Assembly (NCBI GenBank): GCA_051362555.1
Contig: CM120640.1
Coordinates: 434,001 to 498,000, forward strand
DNA: 64,000 bases
Source of the DNA: Lingula anatina
Taxonomy: Eukaryota; Animalia; Brachiopoda
Direction of reading: 5' to 3'
Of the stretch, positions 17,901-29,600 are shown one piece after another. Position numbers and translations under genes: made by a program. Each line of letters starts with the position of its first letter. The first letter of the stretch is position 1. The notes below the pieces were generated by a model that saw only the letters and a program-made list of their open reading frames with translations, made no database searches and was not told where the DNA came from.

Positions 17901-18169
17901 TGTTGCCTTGACCGTACCGTTAAAAACTCAAAAAGCGTTCTTGGTTTGAATAGATTGTATTTCGCTGAATAAACTGATGAAAACTAATGAAAACTTACGA
18001 AAACTTATGAAAACTTATGAAAACATAAAACTATATGATCCCGGAGACCCGTGTTGCTGAAACTGAAAATGTAAGGGCGGGATCTCAACTATATACCCGA
18101 GTGTCATGTGACACGAACACATCTCACTGACTACTCGCACTAATCACTGCTCCACGTGTTGCAGTTACA
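17901..18169 (-). repeat. 5' LTR of the BEL element, containing a 10-bp tandem array (tgaaaactta)
   Basis: Direct repeat of 11104-11372. The gag ATG lies only 21 nt downstream. Confidence 0.97.
18061..18095 (-). promoter_or_regulatory. Putative LTR core promoter: TATATA box and TCAGTT initiator (predicted TSS about 18064)
   Basis: Minus-strand TATATA at 18095-18090 and TCAGTT at 18066-18061; the initiator A is 31 nt from the TATA start. Confidence 0.6.
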
Positions 18170-18951
18170 ATAGGTATGTGCATATTTCTAAAGAATTCAA
18201 TAAATTGGCGGCCATTTTGGATTTTTTGGCCAAACGTTAAATTTTTTCCGTGGGCTACGGCTCTAATTTGATTTAGAATGTCAAAAGGTACCCACATGCA
18301 AAATTTGGTGCTTTTATCCGCCGTGTCACGATTTTTTCCTTAAGCCACCGGACTATTTTTGGTTGCTAGAAATTCGTAGCAATCTTTGCCTAGACTTATC
18401 TTTGACTATGATACAATTTCTCTGTCTGTCCCCCCACCATCAGCTGTTGTGTAATGTGCCTTCCACATATCATGTAGACATTTCTGTAAATATTTCTATG
18501 TAGCCAAATCTTCACAAGCGCAACAAAACTTGGTTTTTGTTCAAATATCAATAATAAATGATCCCATCTGACTGAAAATTGTCATGAAAATATTCCAGAG
18601 CCTGTTGCGGGCCAACAAGAGTATCTCACACTAGACTTAGTACCTAATCTCTTCCTCTGAACTTAGTAGGTAGACTTCACACTAAGGGGATTTCAAAATG
18701 CAGAATTTTTTGTTTCTGTTTGAGAAAATCTCTTATAGCAATCATATTTGTGGCATTAGAAAAGTCACGCTTGTGGCCTGTTTGACTGGGATGTCCTCTG
18801 CAGACTGGGTTCTGTAACACACTGAGACCACACTGCTGTGTAACCACCACATTGACCTCTACAGAGATCTGGTCCTAGGAATTATCTCCAGGCAGAACAG
18901 GTCCAGGATTGCCGTCTGTTTTATCTTCTGTTGCTATGGTTACAGGTCAGA

Positions 18952-21900
18952 CTAGATGGTCATCATTCTATCAACATCAACTATCACTTCATTTGTAAAT
19001 TTCCCTAAAAGATAATTTATTACCAAACTGTCAAAATCACTTCTGATATTGATATGTCAGCATGCTCCTCTCCAAATCACATGGCTACTGATGAAGAAAT
19101 AGTTCATTGAAAAGACTAATTCACAACAGTCTAGCAGCAAATCTTGTGAAATGATACAGAATTTAAGGAAGAAAGTGCTGATTATCCTTAGTCATTATCT
19201 TACCCCTGGTCATCTGTCCACTGCCCACTACAATGTCCTTAAGGACACATTGATAGTTTGATATATTGAAGAGACCAAAACTGGCATTAAATAAGGAACT
19301 AGCAGTGATAATTCATGCAAGTTTACAGGGTATTTACTCTTGCTTCAGATGTATCTTTAGGGGACAAAGTGCTGATTGTCTGTGGTCCATATCTTACCCA
19401 TGGCTACTATATTCTGTCCACTACCCACCATGCTGTCCTTCAGGTCACACTTCTCATTGATGTGTGCATTGTCACACAGTATACATCCCTGGATGTTGGA
19501 GCTGGTAGACAGATAAAATACAGTGTGATTTATAGCTGAACCTTTGGTTATTTGAAATTTGTCTCTATAAAGAGAGAAAATAAACCGTTTTCCACAGGTA
19601 TTTTGTTGAATGCAATCAGATTAACATGTCTCCTGTAGATTCAATGTACACATCTTACCAGGTTGTATTACAAAGATATACTACATATTTCTTCAATACA
19701 TGTGCACTCTGAGATCACATTCTGAGTTAGTAACTTACCCTTCTTTGATGGTCACATGGTCCATAATCACAGAGTTGGTGATTTTCACCTTCTCTCCAAT
19801 GCTGCAGTGTTTTCCTATCACTGACTTCTTGATAGAGGTCTTCTCCCCAATGGTGACACCCTCACCAACAAGACTGTCATTACCAACCTGATAACATTTC
19901 ATTAAAACATTGACCTTGATGAATATTTCAAGATTTGAGGATTTTTCAACATTAACAAAGCCTAGCTTTAGGTTTAATACATATCAAAGGCATGCTAAGA
20001 CCTACATTTCTGGGAATACATTATCCTCGTCCCCTCAGATCAGCCTTACAAATCTAAGTATAATAGACTTTATCATTAATTTTCAAAACTAAATACTGTT
20101 AAAAGGTTTACATTGCATACTGCTTATATCTAAGTGTAGAAATGTGAGCTGGAGACAAACATGAAGCATGGTAGAGGACACAGGACTTTAATTATGTCAG
20201 CTGGAGAGAGAGACAGAGATCACAGGAACAGGACCACTTAGTCTTACCTGAGCCTTCTGTGCAACAGTAGCTGTAGGGTGGACAGGTTTCACATCTTTAC
20301 TTGGCCTCAGAGATGCCAGCAGCTTAGCAATCTGAAAACATACCAAATAGTGTATAGTTCTTTCAAGCGAGGAGACATTTTATTCCAGTTGCTTCTCTGC
20401 AGCATTTTGTGTTGGCATTCATCTCAAAGAGACTCTTGGATTCACTAATAATGATGGAAATAGTCTTCTGGGAATTTCACAAATTATTTTAAATAACATT
20501 GTATAATAAAACCAGTTTCATTAACTCAAAGCTATCCAAATAACAGAACTTGTCCTCAATTTCATGTCCCTAGTGAAATCAGCAGACTACCTGTCTGTTG
20601 GCCTCGCAGTAAGTGGCCACCGTGTTAGCCCTGAGCAAGAACCCCTCATTCAGGATGTGAGTGTAACACCTTATCTTGTTGGCATGGTAACAACCCTCCA
20701 TATCTCCACTGTGGTCATTCCAGCTTGAGTATTCTCTGGTTATTCCTGCCATGTTGTCTTCTACAGCAAAACCATATATATCTGGAAATAATGGGGGGGA
20801 AATAATCCTGCAAATTAATAAGTCGCAGCTCCATGGTAGTCATGTTTTTAAACCAAACTGCATAAACTGAAATGTGCCAATTTATTACAGCTTTCACTTC
20901 CACATGACATGAAATGCTATAATAAATTTTTTAACCTTTAGACATTCTTCTTGATTAATACTGAATTAATTTCAAACATCTCTACCATAAATATACAAGA
21001 GAAATGATGTAGCTTGTATTCCTAGCATACAGATGTTAACATGGGAGCAGTACAGTTCAGGTTATATGGCACTGGCAGTTTGGAACAATTTTCCATGAAA
21101 TGATTCCTGACAGCACCAAATACTTAAGAGTGGTAGTGAGTACCTTTCACTGTAGCTACAGAGATTACTGAGGCGTTGGCATTAGGGAGATCTTTTTCTG
21201 GTACTTTGGCTGCTTGAGAAAATTGTTTCCTTACTAAGTATGGTACAAGTTCACCTTTGAGAGTTGTTAGTGAGCTGAAAACAGAAATATTAAAATGCAT
21301 GAAATGAATATTTACTAGAAAGAATACTATATAGTTGAAAAACATGAAAAAAATGTCTTGTGTTTCATTCCAGTAATAAATTTCAATACATTTCTGACAG
21401 CCAAGAATTTAAATTTATTAATCAAAAGAGGAATGAAAAATCAATAAACTTTTTTTTCAAATCAGACATTATTTATGCTTTTTTATTACATATTTTAAAA
21501 ACTGAATAACTTTGGTGCCAAATAATTTGAAACATTCACTATAATAAATGAATATAACCAAACCATACCTCTGCTCTGCTAAATAATCAAGCACCCACTT
21601 TTTGATTAAATAGAGATGACCATCTAATAACTTGGTCCTGATATTTATACATGGATGCCTAGAAAGAGAGAAAAAGTGAAAATATACTCCCTCTACTAAA
21701 AATACAAAAATTGAAAATCTACCAGTAAGTTTAATTTTGTTCAGTAGGAACCATCTGTGCACTTACACTAGAAAATATGTTGTTATTTCACTTACATTGT
21801 ACCATTGTCTAAAAGAACAAATAAATAAAATCACATAATCCACAAAAAGACAATAAACACGTATATGCTATACCTTTTTAAAATTGACTTTTTAAAAGTA

Positions 21901-23382
21901 ACAGTTTCTTCAAAATCTGCATCAGAACCGAGGAATAAGAGTCTGTTGCCCTTTTCATCTAAACCAACAAAGTCATGTTCTGAAATTTAAAAGTTACTCA
22001 TTATTTACTGTTTAGAGATATATACTACCTGTATACGACTCCTAGATATTTCATAACCTGTTGAATAGTATAGATTACTTGATCTGGTGCTCCAAATATA
22101 ATAAACAAATATGTAAAATATATCAGTAAAAGTTACCTATCATATAAAAATTTTGACAAAAATTACACTGCCATTTTGTGTCATGCTTATAATATGCTAT
22201 TTTCAGAAACAGGGCAATTTCCACATAGTACCCATTTTTCTCTTGGACTTGGTCCCTGGTGCTGTGAGTTCTGTGAAAGTTTCTGGCGCCACAGACATCA
22301 GAGTGGTGACGGTGGCGTCATAGGTACGGTGAACATCAGCCAGGGCATTCAGAGGAAAATCCACAATCAGGTCACAGCTTATTATCAGCAAATCAGTCTG
22401 AAGATGATCAGAGAGAAAGGCATTTATTGGCTAGATATCTGAAGATGAACAGAAAGAAATGACTCTATTGGCCAGACAGGTTTTGATATTATATGCAAGT
22501 TTGTACCAACTTGTTACATTTACTATATCTCAAATAGTAGAAAACTGAAAAGATAAAGCAAAGAGAAAATCTTTTAATTTCAAACATGTATCCTCCTAAG
22601 ACTTGACTAATCTATTTCCAGCTTACTGTTATTTTATCTTTAATATGTCTCAGAGAGTCGCATGTTCCCCAGTCTTCATCATCTGGCACCTCAACGAAGT
22701 CCAGGTTTAACTTCACCTCGCACATCTGCAGTGCCCTCTCTATCTCTGCTTTGAAATATGCAGGGACAATGATAATGGCATCTACAACAAAATTAAATAC
22801 GTGTGAAACATTTATATTCATCAAGTACATATTTCAATAACACACAACAAATTGTGATTTAGCCATATAAAACTATGTTTTCAAATTTCTCTGGAATCCT
22901 TAGCAATTTTCTTCTACCTATCAAATATAACTATGAGGTTTAAAATATAAATCTGAACAATTTTTCTACTGACTATAATTTGAGAGAACACTTGCATGAT
23001 TTCATTGTTTGAGAATGCAATTTTTGAGTTTGTAGTTACTTAAAGATGTAACATGTTGTTTGACCTACGCGCTTGCTATCTATACCAAATCTAGAAAAGT
23101 TCAAGAACAATGGCAACCTTGCATATTATCCTATTATGTTTATTTTTAAATTATAATTATCATCTTTTTCAATCAAGGATATTCCCGTGTGACTATATAA
23201 GGGGAGGGGGGGGGGTCACCTTGTGTTTTACCTTCAAATCCAGATCTTTCCAACAAGTTGATAGGATACCAAACCATTGGCAGATTTCCAATAGGAAGCA
23301 GTGCTTTAGGTATCTTAGCTGTCAGGTCTGTCATCCTGGAGCCTTTCCCTCCTGCCATGATCACTGCCTGAAACTCCGCCAT
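18952..23382 (-). CDS. EIF2B3: Translation initiation factor eIF2B subunit gamma. Coding exons about 23382-23232, 22781-22627, 22397-22232, 21979-21874, 21658-21569, 21274-21144, 20781-20591, 20331-20248, 19887-19739, 19501-19398, 19004-18952
   Basis: [81 protein letters not shown], and C-terminal hexapeptide repeats ([45 protein letters not shown]). GT-AG introns are phase-compatible. Confidence 0.95.
19204..19280 (-). other. Duplicated, phase-compatible candidate alternative exon of EIF2B3
   Basis: Encodes [26 protein letters not shown], resembling [18 protein letters not shown] of exon 19501-19398. It has an AG acceptor and a gtaagata donor. Confidence 0.5.
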
Positions 23383-23689
23383 GTCTGGAGTAAAAATAAT
23401 GACTGGAAGTCAACCTGGAAACAATTGGTAATGTCATTACTGTAATGTTACCCTATATTAAAAACTAAAGAAAATAGTTTAAAATTAAGGGAAATCCTAT
23501 TAAAAGTGCAATGCATTCGATGAAAATATCAACACTCTGTGGTAAATGTTGCTGAATCTAGGAGTTGAAATATTCATTTGTCGAAATCCATATTGTCATA
23601 TTGAACATTTATTTCCGAATATCTTACACGAGAACAAAAATGAAAATGTGTGTGAAATACGGGAACGGTCTCCTAGTGTCGTGAGAAAT

Positions 23690-23830
23690 AATGTCACTCA
23701 CCTGCTCCTAATTTCGGAGTTTGGATGTCAGCAGCTTTCAACAATCTGGAAAACGTGGGACAAAATATGACTGATCGCAGATGGGTACTTATCAAAGCCT
23801 TCAGCCGTCGTAACCGGTAAAATAGATGCC
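23690..23830. promoter_or_regulatory. Probable bidirectional promoter / first non-coding exons of EIF2B3 (-) and the ankyrin-SOCS gene (+)
   Basis: Minus-strand donor cag|gtgagt at 23702/23701, a plus-strand candidate donor ccg|gtaaaa near 23816, and locally retained CpGs. The two start codons are 1.1 kb apart, head to head. Confidence 0.5.
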
Positions 23831-24521
23831 GAAATGAGTATATTTAAAAAAGTTTTACATAAACTGAACATAAATTTAGATTTTTACATTCAATACATAT
23901 ATTATAGTATACTATTGATGATCAGTATATATTTTGCACTCTTGTATTATTGTCGTAAAAGTGACGTCTTCAAGTACCGAGTACGTCAAGATGCTGCTGC
24001 AGCAAAGTAGAAAAAAGTGCAAATAAATCGATTTACCACGTCTCTAACACATGGCATCATGAGTAAGTTATCTAAAGGAATAACATAATAGCTTGAAAAA
24101 GAATTAACCGTGGTTTGCCATCTTATGGAGTCTGTATATCTCGAGTTAATGTATTCATGCATGTCTTCCAATGTCACTGGAAGGTGATTCTGAAATTACT
24201 AGAAAATTATCTGGTATGCATTTAAAAGGCACCTTGCGTTAAGATTTTCCTACGATACTGTGTTTTTACTGCGTTAATAATGAATATTGGTGTCTATTTT
24301 CATTTAGTTATTGTTACAAATAATACAAAACTATGTCCCTAATGTCAGATGTATGAAAAATATGCCCAAACTGTAAAATATGGCGTCAGAAAAATACTTA
24401 CTAGTTTAATACTGTTATATTGCTTGATCATTTGTTGTCTTTATTGATTTCAGGTATTAGAGATACTTGTTATGGACTTGAGTGAAGATAGTGACCACCA
24501 TAACAGGTAAAATAAGAAGGC

Positions 24522-25724
24522 ATGTCTCGGGTTGTTATTGTACCAGTAGGTAATGATGAAAGCATTGCCGTCCTCGTCTCTCAGAACAACGTACACGGAC
24601 TAGAGCAGCTCTGGCAGAGTGGACAGATATGTTTTGGAGCAAAGACAACAGAAGGAGGTTGCTCTAACCCAGACTGCAGTGCCAGAGAACATGGAGAAGA
24701 CCTGATATGGGCCGCAGTACAGTATGGGCATTGTGATGTGATCCGCTGGTTGATAAGTCATGGTGCTAACCTGGCTGTGGGGAACTCACGAGATCACTGG
24801 AAGAGACAGCCTGTCCACTTTGCAGCCTGTGACGGTCACATTCCACTGCTGCAGGTGTTATTAACCTCTGGTGTTAACGTCAACACACTGGATGCTGAGG
24901 AGAGGACACCATTACACTGGGCGGCTACATTTGGTCAACATGAAGTCGCCAAATACCTCATCAGCTGTGGTGCTAATGTCAATATAGATGCTGCACAGAA
25001 TAATGGGTTCACCCCCCTCCATGCTGCAGCGTGTTTAGGGCACACTAAACTATGCAAGCTGTTTCTAGAGCATGGAGCAGCAATCAATGAGGCAGACAAA
25101 GACGGCTGGACAACACTCCATGTGGCCTCATGTTACTATTATCCAGATATAGTTAAATTGTTACTGGATCATGGAGCCAGTGTGAACCAGGAAACCGTAG
25201 ACAAACAAACAGCTCTACATATCTGTGTAGAGAACCGTGACACAGTCCTAGCAGGTATGCTGATAGAGGCTGGGGTGGCTCTCAATTTGAAAGATAAAAG
25301 AGGCTACACTGCCCTACACTGGGCTGTGTACCATGACAAAATACTGATGGTGAAATATTTGATCAACTATGGGGCTGACCTGAACACTGTGAATGAGAAA
25401 CAGCAGGGTTTGCTGGAGACGGCGCTAACACAGGCAGACACCAACATGATCCAGCTTCTTCATGCTGCAGGAGCCAATATTTATCCTGAACTAAATTCCC
25501 ATTACCATATCCAACAAATACATACTCTTCGACAGTTTGAAAATAATTGCTATGTATCTATCAATAGAAATGTTATTGAAGCATTAGCAACTAACCCACG
25601 TAAACTTCAAGAGTTGTGTTCCTTGAGAATCAGGTCTTGTCTGAAACCCAACTACCAGCAACAAGTTCGGTTTCTTCCATTGCCAGCTGAGATGAAGTCT
25701 TATGTTGCATTAAAACATTTGTGA
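24522..25724 (+). CDS. Ankyrin repeat and SOCS box-containing protein (ASB-like), single coding exon
   Basis: About 8 ankyrin repeats (RTPLHWAATFGQHEVAKYLISCGANVN, GFTPLHAAACLGH, GYTALHWAVYHD) and a C-terminal SOCS box PRKLQELCSLRIRSCL...LPLPAEMKSYV. Confidence 0.92.
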   Translation: MSRVVIVPVGNDESIAVLVSQNNVHGLEQLWQSGQICFGAKTTEGGCSNPDCSAREHGEDLIWAAVQYGHCDVIRWLISHGANLAVGNSRDHWKRQPVHFAACDGHIPLLQVLLTSGVNVNTLDAEERTPLHWAATFGQHEVAKYLISCGANVNIDAAQNNGFTPLHAAACLGHTKLCKLFLEHGAAINEADKDGWTTLHVASCYYYPDIVKLLLDHGASVNQETVDKQTALHICVENRDTVLAGMLIEAGVALNLKDKRGYTALHWAVYHDKILMVKYLINYGADLNTVNEKQQGLLETALTQADTNMIQLLHAAGANIYPELNSHYHIQQIHTLRQFENNCYVSINRNVIEALATNPRKLQELCSLRIRSCLKPNYQQQVRFLPLPAEMKSYVALKHL

Positions 25725-25785
25725 AGTCTTTAAACAATTATATTTTTTAGTGAGATGAGGTATTATTATTGTTTCATTGATTTTA

Positions 25786-26636
25786 TAATAATAATAATAA
25801 TAATCTTTATTGAGCACTAAAATGCATACATATTACATTTTACAGGCTCTCTACACTAGTCATAACAACTTGGCAACAAATTATACAAATCTATACAATA
25901 CTTATGGAATGATTACTGGGAAGCAGCACAGAATAAAACAACTATTTCTATTGATGGGTGTGTCGTTTTTTCAAACTTTCAGTTATATAAAGATATAATG
26001 TTCTCAAACACGATTCACTTTTTGGACTGAGCAGCCACTGAATTTTTTCATGATCTGTTTTCTGCTCAGGAGGTATCATTAATCTAATTCTTCTGTCACT
26101 ATGTTCTTCACATTTCAGTAAAAAGTGGATCTCCGTTTCAATTTCATTACAGTGGGGGCACTTGCGATTTTCAGTAGGGGTTTTAGGGGACGTATAGCAG
26201 CCACGTTCAATTTCTAATTCGTGGTCACTAATCTGCATTTTTGCAATAGTCTTCATTTCTGATGGAGTGACTTTCATTGACAGATATTTTTCAGGGGTGT
26301 AGGTTTTTTTAAGTAATCTGTATGTCCTGAGTTTACTGTAGTTATCACTTTCCAGGTCTTTCCAAAATAGTTCCTCAATTTTATTGTTGATAGCATCTCT
26401 TAGGTTTTCAAAGTTATTTAGTGTTTGTGTATCAGTTTTATGGCCCAGACCCAAACACTGTATAAATGTTCTTATTGATTCAGACCAACAGGGTCCTTTT
26501 TCTTTTTGCTCCTGTTCATAAATGTTTTTGACCAATCTGTTGGAAGGTAGCTCTTTCAGTCTGGCGCTGTATCTCTGTGTCTGTTTTGCAATATCAGAAT
26601 AGAGTGGAAATCTTCCAAATTCAGCTCTACAGGCAG
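25786..26636 (-). mobile_element. 5'-truncated non-LTR retrotransposon (LINE) 3' fragment, tentatively RTE-X-like
   Basis: ORF2 C-terminus SKLRTYRLLK...HELEIERG...CPHCNEIETEIHFLLKC. It ends aataaag(att)n on the minus strand. Candidate TSD gatttta at 25779-25785 and 26637-26643. Confidence 0.85.
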
Positions 26637-29600
26637 GATTTTAAAGCATAATTAATTCACAGAGAAAGAACATGTTGTCCAACATACTTAAAGAATTAGA
26701 AAATATTAGCTAACTGAAAGATAAGGTTCATGGGATTTTTTGATAATTTTTTCATTCCGTAAATATGTGAGCTCTTAACTGAAAGAATGATAATAAACAC
26801 AAGAGGTAGTCAACACCTACCTACCTTTTATTTACTTTATGGTAAATATGACTCCCTTTTTGCATCACTGGTAAATGTCTTTCAACATATTGGAAAAAGT
26901 AAAGAATAGAGACTGCCCACTATTGTATCCTGCATTATTTATTATAACCAGATTCCACATATTCCAAAAATAAGAACTATGTAGGCTTATTTGTTCATGG
27001 AGGCTGTTATTGTACACGCTTGTGTAATGTTTGTGTGGGGGAGAGAGATTGTTGTTGAGAGCAAGAGAGAGAGGGGTGGAAGAGAGAATGGTTCAGAGAG
27101 CAAGAGAGATGGAGAGAGAGAGAGGGGGGAAGAAAGATGGAGAGATGTGCAGCCTCTCAGTATAGAACACGAAGTAATTATAGATATTGATATTAATCGA
27201 AGTTTCCTAAAGTTTTGGAGTTGATATCGACCAGTAGACTAAATTCGCTTTTTAAGGCATCTTTCTTCACTCTGCTTAATAATGAAATTTTCTACATTGC
27301 TTTAAATGTGACATATTTTAGTCATTAGAACTGGGTTTCAGCAGGCTTTTAAAACAGGAATAAATAATACATCTTATGTCACGAGCGGTCTCTTATCACA
27401 GGAGTAAACTGCCAGTGGAGCAATGGAGAGCGGCAATTGTGACAGATGTGCCGCTAAATTGGACAAACGCAATCTGTACGGCAACTGCATTTGCAGCGGT
27501 TTTCTGAATGTTGTCTATGAAGTGTAAGTCTTTTATCCTGAACATTATCGATTTCTTTATAACGTCCTATTAGGGAAAGTCCTTGTTCTCTCATAAACTG
27601 ACACGGTAAAAATTTATCACCAAATTGGATTCCTATTTTTAAGATTGCCCACGCTCGAGTGTATGGTCTTAATGATCAAAATAACGCCACTTTGTCCTAT
27701 CAATCGAAGATAAATTCTGATGAATTCAACACTAAAATGAAAAAGACGCCTCTTATTTTTATTCATTTACCTCTCCAAGTGGAACAATCAGCTCCTGGGC
27801 CAAACAATTTATCAATTAAACGCTGCCAGTTCAGTCACGGTCACACGCACATACACTGAATTGTTTAAGTTTTAAATGGCTGGAAATGCCTACATTAAGT
27901 GGGGATTATTATTGATACCTACATAAGATACTGAAGCATTCTAAGTTTTTTACCACACATGCAGTGGGAGACCAAGAGCCAGTCAAATGGGGTTTAAAAA
28001 TTTACAGGGGTTTACAAATTGCACTTGTTGGCTGCATTTTCTAGTTTATTTTATAAAATATTTAAGAAAAACGGCGTGTTACTTGGCAGTGAACAGGAGA
28101 ACAGGCCACTTCCTCGTCAAATATCTGGACAGTTAGATCTGATATCAGAGTGGAGTTGAGTAGAAACAGCCCTGACTCCCACACGAGCAGAAATAAAGAC
28201 AAAAAAGAATAGAAATAATTCCGCCAAGGGTAGGTGCTACATCCATGCATCCTCTCTGAAACACGTTTCCACAATGTTTATTTACCGTGCAGAATGAAAA
28301 TGAAATCGTCGCAATGAACAGATTAGTAATCTTATGAAGTTATTGTTTCCCTCCCAGCAAGGCGCCCTCCAATACCGCAGAGCTAAGGAGGCAGGTTTCC
28401 GTGCAGCCAGAATTATTTTTTTCACTTCACAGAATATTTTACCGACCAAATAAAACCGTGGGAAGTGTCCTTCCTGAGGATCGGTGTATTACAAAATTGA
28501 CTGATTACGTTGCACATCTATTTATTTACTTCCTGTAATTTCTATTTGATTCAGATATTTGCATTTCTGTGAGTCATGTCATTACTTCACACTATTTCTG
28601 AGAACACAAATTAGCTAAGACGAACGTGTTTTTATACATGTACACGTACAAAAGAGAATTCATGTGTATAAAACATAATAAAGATAAGATAATTCACCGT
28701 TTCCCTGTAAACAAAATCTGTTTTGATTTCAGCAACTTAGAGAGCCAGTTTGTGACATTGAATACCAACGTCCAAAGCAGAGACCCTCAGTATAAATATA
28801 CTTTTAAGTTGAAACTTAAATCAAATATAACTGTCAGCTGTTACCCTTTGTGGAAGGGAAACAAGAATACTGTCCCATCTCCTTTTAAAATTATTTAAAC
28901 TAACTGTTACTACTTTCAGAGGAATTTGAGTTTTTTCTCAGACCCTGAAGACAAAACTGAAGAAGGAACAGCATGATGTCAATGAGATGTGAGACTTTTC
29001 CAAATAACAGATAACAATTGCCGAAATGTTGGCCCCCCTTTCTATATCAGCAATATGATATAAAATAACATTGAGGGGGAAACAGGCAAAACTTAGGGGA
29101 TGAAATAATGGCCCCCCATTTTATAACTCCATAATTCCCAATGGATGTTCATGTATAAGACATCATGAAAGTGATAAAGGAAGTCTGGCTCTGTGATTTC
29201 TCTCTTGATTTAAGCATCGGAACCATCTTCGGAGAATGATGAATTATTTTCAGAACACTCTTGGGAAGAGATTCCGGCATTAAGCCAGTCTTGGCAGACG
29301 ACATTGTGCAGAGCGGCTTGAAAAGGAAGGTCGCCAGTCGTTCACACTCCCACACTTATCTGGCAGGGATTGCTTGAAATGTCTGCTTTTAATTTATTAT
29401 ATTTTTTTCACTAGTTTAGAACACTTGTCTAAGAAACATTGCACTTACTGGGATATATCAACGCTATCAACAGATAACTGAATTATACGTTTATATCGTC
29501 ATCTCAAAGACAATCCAAGCAGCCGAAATCGTGGCAATGAATGGTCAGTTTTCAACATTTGGTTGCTTATGTTATTTTATCACAAACTAACATGGGTATC

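Larger units (their letters stand above)
11104..18169 (-). mobile_element. Full-length BEL/Pao (Belpaoviridae) LTR retrotransposon
   Basis: Two 269-bp TG...CA LTRs, a 5-bp TSD atagg (11099-11103 and 18170-18174), and a single intact gag-pol ORF with order PR-RT-RH-IN. Confidence 0.98.
8601..18355. mobile_element. Non-autonomous long-TIR (foldback-like) DNA transposon, about 2.7 kb without its insert, possibly Academ-like; right TIR interrupted by a BEL element
   Basis: Termini tagtccggttgcttag...cttaagccaccggacta. 8601-~8790 is the reverse complement of 18175-18355, and the match continues into ~10960-11103. Many subterminal aagatggc/gccatcttgg units face inwards. Both flanks read ttt (candidate 3-bp TSD; a TA TSD reading is also possible). 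No transposase ORF. Confidence 0.88.
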
